Assembly (NCBI GenBank): GCA_017434295.1 | Contig: JAFRFO010000086.1 | Span: 1 to 41,363 of the forward strand | DNA: 41,363 bases | From: Clostridia bacterium | GTDB taxonomy: Bacteria; Bacillota; Clostridia; TANB77; CAG-508 | Direction of reading: 5' to 3' | Part shown: piece by piece, positions 33,632 through 41,363 of the stretch | Layout of the letters: every line of letters starts with the position of its first letter | Numbering within the stretch: position 1 is the first letter of the stretch | Notes under the pieces: generated by a model | Databases searched by the model: none | Seen by the model: the letters and a program-made list of their open reading frames with translations, nothing else | Told to the model about the DNA's origin: nothing | Program-made: the position numbers and the translations under genes

Positions 33632-34207
33632 TTAATCCACCAAAGCAGTGTCTTTTAACAAAATTACATCCTCATTTTCCTGTGAAATCTGTTTTATTAC
33701 AGCTGGATCATCATCTATAACGATAATTCTATTATCCCCTCTGTCCACACTTTTTAAGAAATTAGACTTTAATAATCTCGAAGGCATAAATTCATTACCT
33801 TCTCTAGATAGTATTATTCTATTTTGTTTTTTGAAAAATGGAGCATATTTATCTAGCCAAATGTTTTTTTCTTCTATTCCTTCATCCATACGAGTTACAG
33901 ACAATACAAACATTTCTATATTTTCCATTTTAGAAATTTCTTCTAGTTTAGAAATATTTGAATAAAGTGGTCTTTTTAAATGATAATTATATGGTTGCCC
34001 TACATTATAATCAGCTATAACTCCATCCATATCTACATACATTTTTACATTATATTTTTCATAATTTTTTATAAAATCTATTATATACATTTTTATCACC
34101 ATTAATATAATAACATAAAGAAAAATTTGTAGCAAGATTTTTATTTCCATAAATTTAAAGAATATGCTACCTTTCTCTTTTTTCTGTTTTTTTATAATCC
34201 TATTCAT
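33632..34207 (-). CDS. 5'(3')-deoxyribonucleotidase-like HAD phosphatase (NT5C family), possibly with an N-terminal membrane anchor
   Basis: 191 aa. The YVDMDGVIADYN (DxDG) motif starts at residue 58. The first 55 residues or so include a hydrophobic helix. The start codon is uncertain, and no alternative start has a clear Shine-Dalgarno. Confidence 0.65.
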   Translation of the reverse strand: MNRIIKKQKKEKGSIFFKFMEIKILLQIFLYVIILMVIKMYIIDFIKNYEKYNVKMYVDMDGVIADYNVGQPYNYHLKRPLYSNISKLEEISKMENIEMFVLSVTRMDEGIEEKNIWLDKYAPFFKKQNRIILSREGNEFMPSRLLKSNFLKSVDRGDNRIIVIDDDPAVIKQISQENEDVILLKDTALVD

Positions 34208-34826
34208 TAATTCTTGACTTATAGAAATCTTCTAAGCTTTTCCCTTGATCTTCTGGATTTAAATCAACATCCTTTGCATTACTTTTCCACTTACTATCTT
34301 CAGATAAAAAAGCATATGCTAGATTGTGTAATTCCCATTCCTTAACTAAATCCTGTATGGTTCTATATGATATTCTATCTCTTCCATGTATTGGATGTAT
34401 AGTTATTAAAGCTTCACATATTATTTTCATATCTTGTGTATTAGTAATTAAGTATGAATCAATTATTCTCCAATTATCCTTTATGTAAATTGCAGAAAAA
34501 TCACGATTATTATATGTAAATATATAATTGGTTTCTTTTCCATCTATATCATGTAAATTAATATCTTCTATTGAGCTTAAACTTCCTTCTTTTTTTTGGT
34601 TTTCTTCTATTTTATTTTCTTGATTACTAATTGATTCTGTTATAGTATAGTTTTCCGTTTCATTTTCTATTTGATTATTCTCATTCACTTCGTTTAATGA
34701 TTTTCCATTTAAAAGATTATTATTTGCGATACTTTTTTTATCTTCATTATTTTTTACAACTAAAAAAACTATTACAAATAACAAAGTTAATAAAATTATT
34801 CCAAAAATTACACTTATTTTTTTCAT
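34200..34826 (-). CDS. Hypothetical signal-anchored protein
   Basis: 208 aa. N-terminal TM helix, Asn/Glu-rich linker and a C-terminal domain of about 120 aa with no motif I recognise. ATGA overlap with the hisS stop. Confidence 0.5.
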   Translation of the reverse strand: MKKISVIFGIILLTLLFVIVFLVVKNNEDKKSIANNNLLNGKSLNEVNENNQIENETENYTITESISNQENKIEENQKKEGSLSSIEDINLHDIDGKETNYIFTYNNRDFSAIYIKDNWRIIDSYLITNTQDMKIICEALITIHPIHGRDRISYRTIQDLVKEWELHNLAYAFLSEDSKWKSNAKDVDLNPEDQGKSLEDFYKSRINE

Positions 34827-36133
34827 TTTATTTCCTTAATTGCATCTTCAATATCAAGTATCTTTTGTTCTCCTGATTCCATATTTTTTAAAGATACTTT
34901 GTTTTCTTTTATTTCATCTTCTCCAATTACTATTACATAAGGAATATTTAGTCTATTTGCATATTTAAATTGTTTCTTTATTTTGTCTTTATTTGTGTAA
35001 ACTTGAGTGTTAATTCCACAATTTCTCAACTTTGTTGCAACTTCTATACTTTTTTCAAAACTGTCTACCATAGAAATTATTAAAACTTTTGCAATTGAAT
35101 TATTTCCTATTTCAATTATTTTTTTATCTGTTAATTGGAAGAATAATCTTGTTAAACCTATCGAAATTCCAACTCCTGGTAGCTTTTGATCAGTATAATA
35201 TTCTGCTAGATTTTCATATCTACCACCTGAACATACACTTCCTAAATTTCTATACTCATTTAAAAATGTTTCATAAACTGTACCTGTATAATAATCTAAC
35301 CCTCTTGCTATAGTTAAATCTATTTTATAATTTTCTTTAGGTACTCCAAATGTTGCAATATTTCTTCCAACTTCTTCTAATTCATTTACTCCAGTTTTAA
35401 ATAAATCATTTTCTATATTTAAGTCTCTTAGTTTTTGAATTGTTTCTTCTATGCTTCCTGTAATTGATATAAAGTTCATTATTACATCTATTTTTGATTG
35501 TTCTACACCTAATTCAGCTATTTCTTTTATTACATTTTCTTTTCCAATTTTATCAATTTTATCAATTATTCTTAGTATTTCTACTGAATTATCCTTTTGG
35601 TCTAAAGCTTCAAATAAACCATTTAAAACTTTTCTATTGTTTATGCTTATTGTAAAATCTCCAAATCCTAATTCCTTAAATATTGAATAAATTATGCTTG
35701 GCATTTCAGCATCATTTAATAAACTTAATTCATCTTTGTCAATTACATCTATATCACATTGATAAAACTCACGATATCTTCCTTTTTGTGGTTTTTCCCC
35801 TCTATAAACTTTTCCAATTTGATATCTTCTAAAAGGAAAATTTATCTCATTATAGTTTTCTACAACATATTTAGAAAGTGGAACTGTTAAATCAAATCTT
35901 AAAGATAAATCATTTTCTCCCTTATTAAATCTATATATTTGTTTTTCTGTTTCTCCACCTGCTTTTGCTAATAACACTTCTGAATTCTCTATTATTGGTG
36001 TATCTAAAGGTAAAAAGCCAAATCTTTCATATGCTTTTCTTATTTTATCCATCATTTCATTAAATAATATTTGTTCATTTGGTAATAATTCCATAAATCC
36101 TGGTAATGTTTTTGGTATTACTTTTTCACTCAT
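34823..36133 (-). CDS. hisS: Histidine--tRNA ligase
   Basis: 436 aa. Class II motif 2 region FRRYQIGKVYRGEKPQKGRYREFYQCDIDV, LSLRFDLTVPL, GGRYENL and a C-terminal anticodon-binding domain. Confidence 0.93.
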   Translation of the reverse strand: MSEKVIPKTLPGFMELLPNEQILFNEMMDKIRKAYERFGFLPLDTPIIENSEVLLAKAGGETEKQIYRFNKGENDLSLRFDLTVPLSKYVVENYNEINFPFRRYQIGKVYRGEKPQKGRYREFYQCDIDVIDKDELSLLNDAEMPSIIYSIFKELGFGDFTISINNRKVLNGLFEALDQKDNSVEILRIIDKIDKIGKENVIKEIAELGVEQSKIDVIMNFISITGSIEETIQKLRDLNIENDLFKTGVNELEEVGRNIATFGVPKENYKIDLTIARGLDYYTGTVYETFLNEYRNLGSVCSGGRYENLAEYYTDQKLPGVGISIGLTRLFFQLTDKKIIEIGNNSIAKVLIISMVDSFEKSIEVATKLRNCGINTQVYTNKDKIKKQFKYANRLNIPYVIVIGEDEIKENKVSLKNMESGEQKILDIEDAIKEIK

Positions 36134-36161
36134 TTTAATTCCTCCTTGTTTAAATAAAATT

Positions 36162-37451
36162 TTATTTGTATCTTTTTCTTGGTTTTCTAGAACGTTTTAT
36201 AATTTTTATTATTATTACTAAAATAATAAGCATTACAGCAACTGCAATAGTATTATATAACCAATATGGTAATTTTTCAACAGCATGACTTGCTACAAGG
36301 TCTGTTGTATAACTTAAACCATCAACCGTAAAAGTAACTTTTCCTAATACTTCGTTTTGCTCAATAGGTGCAACAATATTATCATTTAAGTTAATTGTTC
36401 TTTCAATTTTTTCTACTTGTGTATCATTTGGTACAATTGAAGAAATACTTGTATTTACAACAACATCAAGTGAAGCTGTATCTTTAGTTGCATGTTTTAC
36501 ATCTATATTTGTTATAACGCTACTTTTATTAATTATTTCTTTTTGTTGATAATTATCATAAACAAATTCAAATAATTGCTTTGTATCATAAAATCTTTCG
36601 CTTAAGCCTTTACTGTTTGTTTCTCCACCTAATACTACGCTAATTAAATCAATATTATCATGTGAACAACTTGCAACTAAGCATTCTCCAGCTGGTGTAG
36701 TTGTTCCAGTTTTTATTCCTGTACAATAAGAATAATAATATCTAGAATAGCTAGGCATTATTAAATAATTTGTATTTTTAATAACTCTATCATTTTTTGT
36801 ATATATATTTGTTGCTGGTAAAGTGTAACTTGTTGTTTTCACTATTTCATTAAATAAGTCATGTTTTTGGCATTCTTTTGCAATTAAATATAAATCATAT
36901 GCTGTGCAATAATGATTATCATTATGAATTCCATTTGGATTTACAAAATGCAAATTTTCACATCCAAGCTCCTTTGCTCTATTATTGCAAGCTTCTGCAA
37001 AAGCTTCTATACTTCCACTTACATGTTCTGCTAAAACATTAGCCGCTTCATTTGCACTTGGTATAAGTAATGCATATAATAAATCGGAAATAGTTAATTC
37101 TTCACCTGCTTTTAAGTTTGCAATTGAATAACCATCAGGAACTAAATCAATTGCATTTTTTGAAACAACTGCTTTATCTGTTGGTTTGCATTTTTCTAAA
37201 ACAACTAATGCTGTAAGAATCTTTGTAGTACTTGCTGGGTACATCTTTTCATGCGCATTTTTTTCATATATTATTTTCCCAGTTTTTGGTTCTGCTATAT
37301 AAGCTGCTTTACATCCAATTTCCGGAATATTATCAAATACTTTTTGTTCATCTTTATTATAATTTAGAGTAACGTTATTATCAGCAAACACACAAACTGG
37401 TGATAATAACAGAATAACTGTTAAAATACTTATTATAATTTTCTTTTTCAT
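36162..37451 (-). CDS. Serine-type D-alanyl-D-alanine carboxypeptidase (PBP5/DacB/DacF-like)
   Basis: 429 aa. Signal peptide, SxxK (PASTTKILTA), SxN (IPSANEAA), KTG (IKTGTT) and a C-terminal membrane anchor. Confidence 0.9.
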   Translation of the reverse strand: MKKKIIISILTVILLLSPVCVFADNNVTLNYNKDEQKVFDNIPEIGCKAAYIAEPKTGKIIYEKNAHEKMYPASTTKILTALVVLEKCKPTDKAVVSKNAIDLVPDGYSIANLKAGEELTISDLLYALLIPSANEAANVLAEHVSGSIEAFAEACNNRAKELGCENLHFVNPNGIHNDNHYCTAYDLYLIAKECQKHDLFNEIVKTTSYTLPATNIYTKNDRVIKNTNYLIMPSYSRYYYSYCTGIKTGTTTPAGECLVASCSHDNIDLISVVLGGETNSKGLSERFYDTKQLFEFVYDNYQQKEIINKSSVITNIDVKHATKDTASLDVVVNTSISSIVPNDTQVEKIERTINLNDNIVAPIEQNEVLGKVTFTVDGLSYTTDLVASHAVEKLPYWLYNTIAVAVMLIILVIIIKIIKRSRKPRKRYK

Positions 37452-37524
37452 ATATTACCTCTTTAAATTGACTCAATTTTTCTTTTAGTATTATACAATA
37501 TTTGTATTAAAATTGAAAGTAAAA

Positions 37525-37552
37525 AATAGTAGAATTTTTAAATTCTACTATT
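37525..37552 (-). terminator. Rho-independent terminator
   Basis: AATAGTAGAATT (37525-37536) / AATTCTACTATT (37541-37552) with a 4-nt loop. In minus sense it is followed by a T-run (the plus-strand A-run ending at 37524). Lies after the 37576..38397 gene. Confidence 0.65.
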
Positions 37553-37575
37553 AATTGCTAAAAAACTATAATATA

Positions 37576-38397
37576 TTAATTAAAATTTATAACATTTTTT
37601 GCTTTTTCATCAATATTGCTTAATGAATACACTCCTTGATATTCATTATTCAAAAACAATTCTACTCTATGTTTTTTATTTTCTATATTTACTTTTTCTT
37701 CTTGTTTTTGTGAAGAATCAGATATTTCATTTACTTCTGATAAAACAAATTCGCTATTAGGTTTCATGTTTAAAATTGAGATTTTGTTATCTCTTTTATT
37801 CTTTCCTGGTGTAAGCATGTGTAGTGAAAATACATAATTATTATCTTTAATCTTTACTTTACCACTAGAAATTGTTATTTTATTTGGAATATTTGATAAA
37901 TTATCAAATAAATATATTTCCATTGGAATATTGTTTTCGTTTATTTCATCATCTTTATTGTAACTTATATTTAGTATTGGTAAATCTGTAAATTTCAAAT
38001 TATAAATATGATATTCTCTTTCATCGTAAATCATTATTTTAAATTGATGATTACTTCTTACTTTTTCAGAAGTTATCTCATCTTCCAATACAGCTAGTTT
38101 TGCATTTTTATTATTTGTACTATAATTTACATTTGGATTGTAATTATTTTGGCTATCATGAACTAACGAATAGTATAATGTATTATTGTTTTCATCTATA
38201 ATTAACTTATAGTCATTAAACCTTATTTCTTCTAACACTAATTCTTTATTTTCTATTCGTGCTTGTTTAATATTATTCCAATTACTCTCGCTTATTGATA
38301 ATTTGTTATATTTGCTACTAGGATTTAGTACAATTATTAAAATTACAATTATTACAGTAAAGATAATTACTGGTATTAATACTTTTTTTCTATTCAT
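37576..38397 (-). CDS. Signal-anchored protein resembling only the N-terminal part of CotH-family proteins (possibly truncated)
   Basis: 273 aa. LPILNISY...IPMEIYLFDN...GKVKIKDNN....ISILNMKP..EFVL...HRVELFLNNEYQGVYSLSNIDE parallels the N-terminal segment of CotH proteins up to the NG.Y.GvY.l.E block. The ORF then stops and a terminator follows. Assignment rests on weak eye similarity plus the usual VTC/DUF4956/CotH neighbourhood. Confidence 0.4.
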   Translation of the reverse strand: MNRKKVLIPVIIFTVIIVILIIVLNPSSKYNKLSISESNWNNIKQARIENKELVLEEIRFNDYKLIIDENNNTLYYSLVHDSQNNYNPNVNYSTNNKNAKLAVLEDEITSEKVRSNHQFKIMIYDEREYHIYNLKFTDLPILNISYNKDDEINENNIPMEIYLFDNLSNIPNKITISSGKVKIKDNNYVFSLHMLTPGKNKRDNKISILNMKPNSEFVLSEVNEISDSSQKQEEKVNIENKKHRVELFLNNEYQGVYSLSNIDEKAKNVINFN

Positions 38398-38454
38398 AAT
38401 AATACTTTCCTTTTTATCTTTTATTTAATTAGGAAAGATTTGTGTCTTTCCAAT

Positions 38455-39171
38455 TTATACAATATCGTCTGCATCATACTCAATAATAGAATACTTACTA
38501 ATCATATCATTTTTAGATAACTCATTATTCAATTCTTGAATATTTTTATATGTAAGCTCTATTGCATAATCAAACCCTTTTGAAGTATAATTTCTTGATT
38601 TAAATTTATAGCTGATTTTTCTATCTTTAAAAATTCTTGTCAAATATGATTCTGCGTCATCTGTGCTTCTTACAATTAAAACAAATGATTTACGTCCAAA
38701 GTTTACATGTTCTAAAACTATTAGTACAATTGTAACAAATACTGATGTTAGAACTCCTACTTCAAATAATTGACATCCACAAATAATTCCAATAAATACA
38801 CTCCATAGTAAGTATAACATATCAACAGGATCTTTTACAGATGTCCTAAATCTTATAATCGCTAAAGCTCCTATTGTACCTAATGTAATTACTAAGTTTG
38901 ATTGTAAACATAGTATTATTGTTGCTATAAAGAATGGCAAAATTGCTGTTGTAATATTAAAAGATTTGTTGTAAAAAGATCTATGTGATACCATTCTATA
39001 TACAAAAAATTCGTATATTGCAAGTATTGCAACCATTATAAGTACAGCTAATATTGTACTTGTTGTTATGCTTTCATTAGCATATGATTTAATAATATTT
39101 TCAAATATTTCCATAATTTTTTTCCTTTCTTTTATGTAGTCCAACAACGAAATTGGCCAAATATTATTCAA
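38455..39171 (-). CDS. DUF4956 family membrane protein
   Basis: 238 aa. TLGTIGALAIIRFRTSVKDPVDMLYLLWSVFIGIICG is the signature block of this family. Four TM helices and a C-terminal soluble domain. The start may instead be the MEIFENI methionine (residue 20). Confidence 0.75.
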   Translation of the reverse strand: MNNIWPISLLDYIKERKKIMEIFENIIKSYANESITTSTILAVLIMVAILAIYEFFVYRMVSHRSFYNKSFNITTAILPFFIATIILCLQSNLVITLGTIGALAIIRFRTSVKDPVDMLYLLWSVFIGIICGCQLFEVGVLTSVFVTIVLIVLEHVNFGRKSFVLIVRSTDDAESYLTRIFKDRKISYKFKSRNYTSKGFDYAIELTYKNIQELNNELSKNDMISKYSIIEYDADDIV

Positions 39172-39172
39172 C

Positions 39173-39872
39173 CTACCTCATATAAGAATCCAATATCTTC
39201 CTACCATAATAATATTTAGAAAAAGACCCTTGGTTAAAACTATATGATTCTACAATGTTTCTAATATGTGATGGTAAAATACTATCAAATTTAACTTCTA
39301 AAACATTTAATCCACTTGGTAAAATGTAAAAACTTTGATAATCGCCATTTAAAAAGTTTTCTAATTCATATGAAGCTGAAATTTTCATATCAAATGTTAT
39401 TCTAACATTAGTAATTTCTTCTACATAAGCCACTCTTTCATAATCTATTATAACTTTTGGCTTATAATTATGAATTAACATATCTACAGCTAATTCTTTT
39501 ATTAATTTCTTTTCTGTACAAAATAGTAAATCTGCTACATCTCCTGTTACAATTTGGTTATATTCATCTAAGGTTATATTACATGATTTTTTATGGCATC
39601 TACCCTCTAGCTTTTCTTTCTTTTCTAGTTTAATGTAGTTTAAGTCTTCTCCGTAATATCTTATTCTCCATTTAAATCTTTCTGATAGTCCAGAATTTGT
39701 TGTATAAATAGATGTGTCTTTATAATCATCAAAATATAATGAATGTATTAAATATCTTCCGTCCAGGAGGGGTATGAGGATCTATCTCCATTACTTCGGA
39801 TAATCTAGATTTTAATAGAGATAGCTCCTGATTTGTTAATGTATATTTCCATTCACTACGATATACTTTCAT
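39173..39872 (-). pseudogene. VTC-domain (polyphosphate-polymerase-like) protein with a single-base frameshift
   Basis: The ATG at 39872 has a strong AAGGAGG Shine-Dalgarno and reads MKVYRSEWKYTLTNQELSLLKSRLSEVMEIDPHTPP.., stopping at 39729-39731. The shifted frame is open from 39781 and reads DGRYLIHSLYFDDYKDTSIY..RFKWRIRYYGED..IKLEKKEK.. through ORF 39173..39481. The shift must lie in 39763-39781, which includes the G4 run at 39769-39772. Confidence 0.75.
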
Positions 39873-39958
39873 AATATAGATACCTCCTTTTTGATTTTTT
39901 CTTTTAAGTACACGGTTGTTATTTTCACTTTTTAATTATACTTTGAAATATCTTAAAC

Positions 39959-41182
39959 TTATCTATTTCTTTTCATACCATTCATTTGCATGTCTCCGCC
40001 ATTTGGCATTTCTCCATTTGGAGCCATTTGCATATCGTTCATTTGCATACCACCTTGACGTCCACCGTTCATACCTCCACCCATCATTTGATTTGTGATT
40101 GTATTTATTTCAGTACCATTTACAATTATTGTTCCGCCATTTTTCTGGGCTGTTCCATCATAGTCAAATGCTGAGTTGCCTGTAATATTTATTGTTCCTC
40201 CATTAATATATATATTACCATTTGCATCTATTGCATCTGTATCTCCTTGTCCCATTTTTATTGTAATATTTCCACCATTTATTTCTACAGTTGGAGTACC
40301 TATATTAGACTTTTGACTAGCATTTATACCATCATCTGATGCAGAAATATTTATTGTTCCATCTTCAATTTTTATATAAGTTCCCTCAATTCCTTCACTT
40401 GAAGTTATATTAAATGTTCCTCCACTTATTGTAACTTTTGTTATACCTTGAACTCCATCACTTTGAGCTGTAATATTATATGTTCCACCTTTAATAGTTA
40501 CATATCCTAAACTAGTATCTTCATCATTAGATGCTTTAATTCCATCTCCTCCTGCATTTATTGTAAATGAACCATCTTCTATTTCTACACTATCTTTTCC
40601 TTTAATTGCATCATCATCTGAATTAATTGTATATGTTCCATTTTTAATTACCAAAGTATCTTTTGAAACTATACCATCATAATTTGATTTTACTTCTATG
40701 CTTCCATTTCCTGAAAATACTAGGTCTGCTTTTGAATAAATTGCACCATCTAAATCTTCAGTTGTTGTGGCTGTAACTTTATTTGTTCCTGAAAGTACTA
40801 TTGTTACTTTTTTAGATTTTTCAATATTTATTGCAGGACCATTTGAATTTGTAATTTCTACTCCATTTAAATTAAGAGTTACTTCTTCACTTGTGTTCAC
40901 TGTTACACTTTCATATTCTCCTGATAAATCATAATTCCCACCAGCTGTAATATTTAGAATTTTAGAATTTGATGTGCTTACTACACTACTTGAGCTTGTA
41001 TTCTGGCTTGTTGTTGAACTTGCTGTATTACTATTGTTTGTTGTTGATGTATTAGTTTGATTATTTGATTGTTGTGTATTATTAAAAGCAATCACAAAAT
41101 ATATAACAACTCCAACTATAACTGCTAAAACAACTATTCCTAAAACTATTTTTTTAAAATTTTTATTTTTTGTTTCTTCCAT
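39959..41182 (-). CDS. Membrane-anchored Cthe_2159-like carbohydrate-binding beta-helix protein
   Basis: 407 aa. N-terminal TM helix, Ser/Thr/Asn-rich linker, about 12 short repeats of the type G.(V/I).I.(G/S)G.(Y/F).I.(S/A).DDGI.. typical of this family, then a Met/Gly/Asn/Gln-rich C-terminal tail. Confidence 0.65.
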   Translation of the reverse strand: MEETKNKNFKKIVLGIVVLAVIVGVVIYFVIAFNNTQQSNNQTNTSTTNNSNTASSTTSQNTSSSSVVSTSNSKILNITAGGNYDLSGEYESVTVNTSEEVTLNLNGVEITNSNGPAINIEKSKKVTIVLSGTNKVTATTTEDLDGAIYSKADLVFSGNGSIEVKSNYDGIVSKDTLVIKNGTYTINSDDDAIKGKDSVEIEDGSFTINAGGDGIKASNDEDTSLGYVTIKGGTYNITAQSDGVQGITKVTISGGTFNITSSEGIEGTYIKIEDGTINISASDDGINASQKSNIGTPTVEINGGNITIKMGQGDTDAIDANGNIYINGGTINITGNSAFDYDGTAQKNGGTIIVNGTEINTITNQMMGGGMNGGRQGGMQMNDMQMAPNGEMPNGGDMQMNGMKRNR

Positions 41183-41205
41183 TATTTCTTACCTTTCCTT
41201 TCTTT

Positions 41206-41273
41206 TTAGGGATTAAATATGTTTTTTAATAATTATATAAATTAGTTTAAATGTTTTCATACTTAATCCCTAA
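41206..41273. promoter_or_regulatory. 16-nt inverted repeat upstream of the beta-helix gene
   Basis: TTAGGGATTAAATATG (41206-41221) versus CATACTTAATCCCTAA (41258-41273): 15 of 16 positions complementary, 36-nt AT loop. It starts 24 nt upstream of the start codon at 41182. Could be an operator, or a plus-oriented terminator (T-run at 41274-41278). Confidence 0.35.
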
Positions 41274-41363
41274 TTTTTAATATATATTTATTATAATATC
41301 AAAACATTGAAATAAAATTGAATTTTCTATTATATAGCTGAATTTGGAATATTATCTACTTTA

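Noticed and set aside
32799-34207. Prophage or integrative element around the DUF1064 gene
   Set aside because: There is no integrase, repressor, terminase or structural gene, and I could not find direct repeats at the flanks. At most it is a stranded phage gene.
36134-36161. T-box or other leader upstream of hisS
   Set aside because: Only 28 nt separate hisS from the preceding carboxypeptidase gene, which is too short for a T-box leader. hisS appears co-transcribed.

Overview
A 41.4-kb, very AT-rich segment (roughly a quarter G+C by eye) from an endospore-forming, Clostridia-like Firmicute, judged from the gpr germination protease and ChW-repeat wall proteins. It holds about 40 genes, and all but one are on the minus strand. 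Layout: (i) 1-2.4 kb holds gpr and an M19 dipeptidase. (ii) About 2.4-32.8 kb is one large cell-wall glycopolymer locus. It contains rmlD-A-C-B (dTDP-rhamnose), a TagGH-like ABC exporter, two ChW-repeat peptidoglycan hydrolases (M14 peptidase and GH73 glucosaminidase) and two membrane-anchored cadherin-like beta-sandwich proteins. It also holds about ten glycosyltransferases, a TagF-like glycerophosphotransferase, Wzx- and Wzy-like proteins, a split Alg14/Alg13-like transferase and an LCP ligase. (iii) 33.0-33.6 kb holds the only plus-strand gene (phage-type DUF1064) and an inverted-repeat-bounded, GC-richer structured element. (iv) 33.6-37.5 kb holds an NT5C-like nucleotidase, a membrane protein, hisS and a D-Ala-D-Ala carboxypeptidase. 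(v) 37.6-41.2 kb holds a Cthe_2159-like beta-helix / VTC / DUF4956 / CotH-like cluster. No rRNA, tRNA, CRISPR array, transposase or integrase is visible. The most notable points are these. First, a side-chain decoration module resembles streptococcal GacI/J/K/L, but the polytopic outer-face domain and the polyprenyl-phosphate GT2 are fused into one 708-aa protein. Second, ChW-anchored hydrolases are encoded inside the glycopolymer locus, which may therefore encode the ChW ligand. Third, five genes are interrupted: two by in-frame stop codons and three by single-base frameshifts. Three of the five sit in the non-ABC branch of the glycan locus. Fourth, the polyphosphate-type VTC cluster appears to be decaying. 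All family assignments come from reading motifs by eye. No database search was run.
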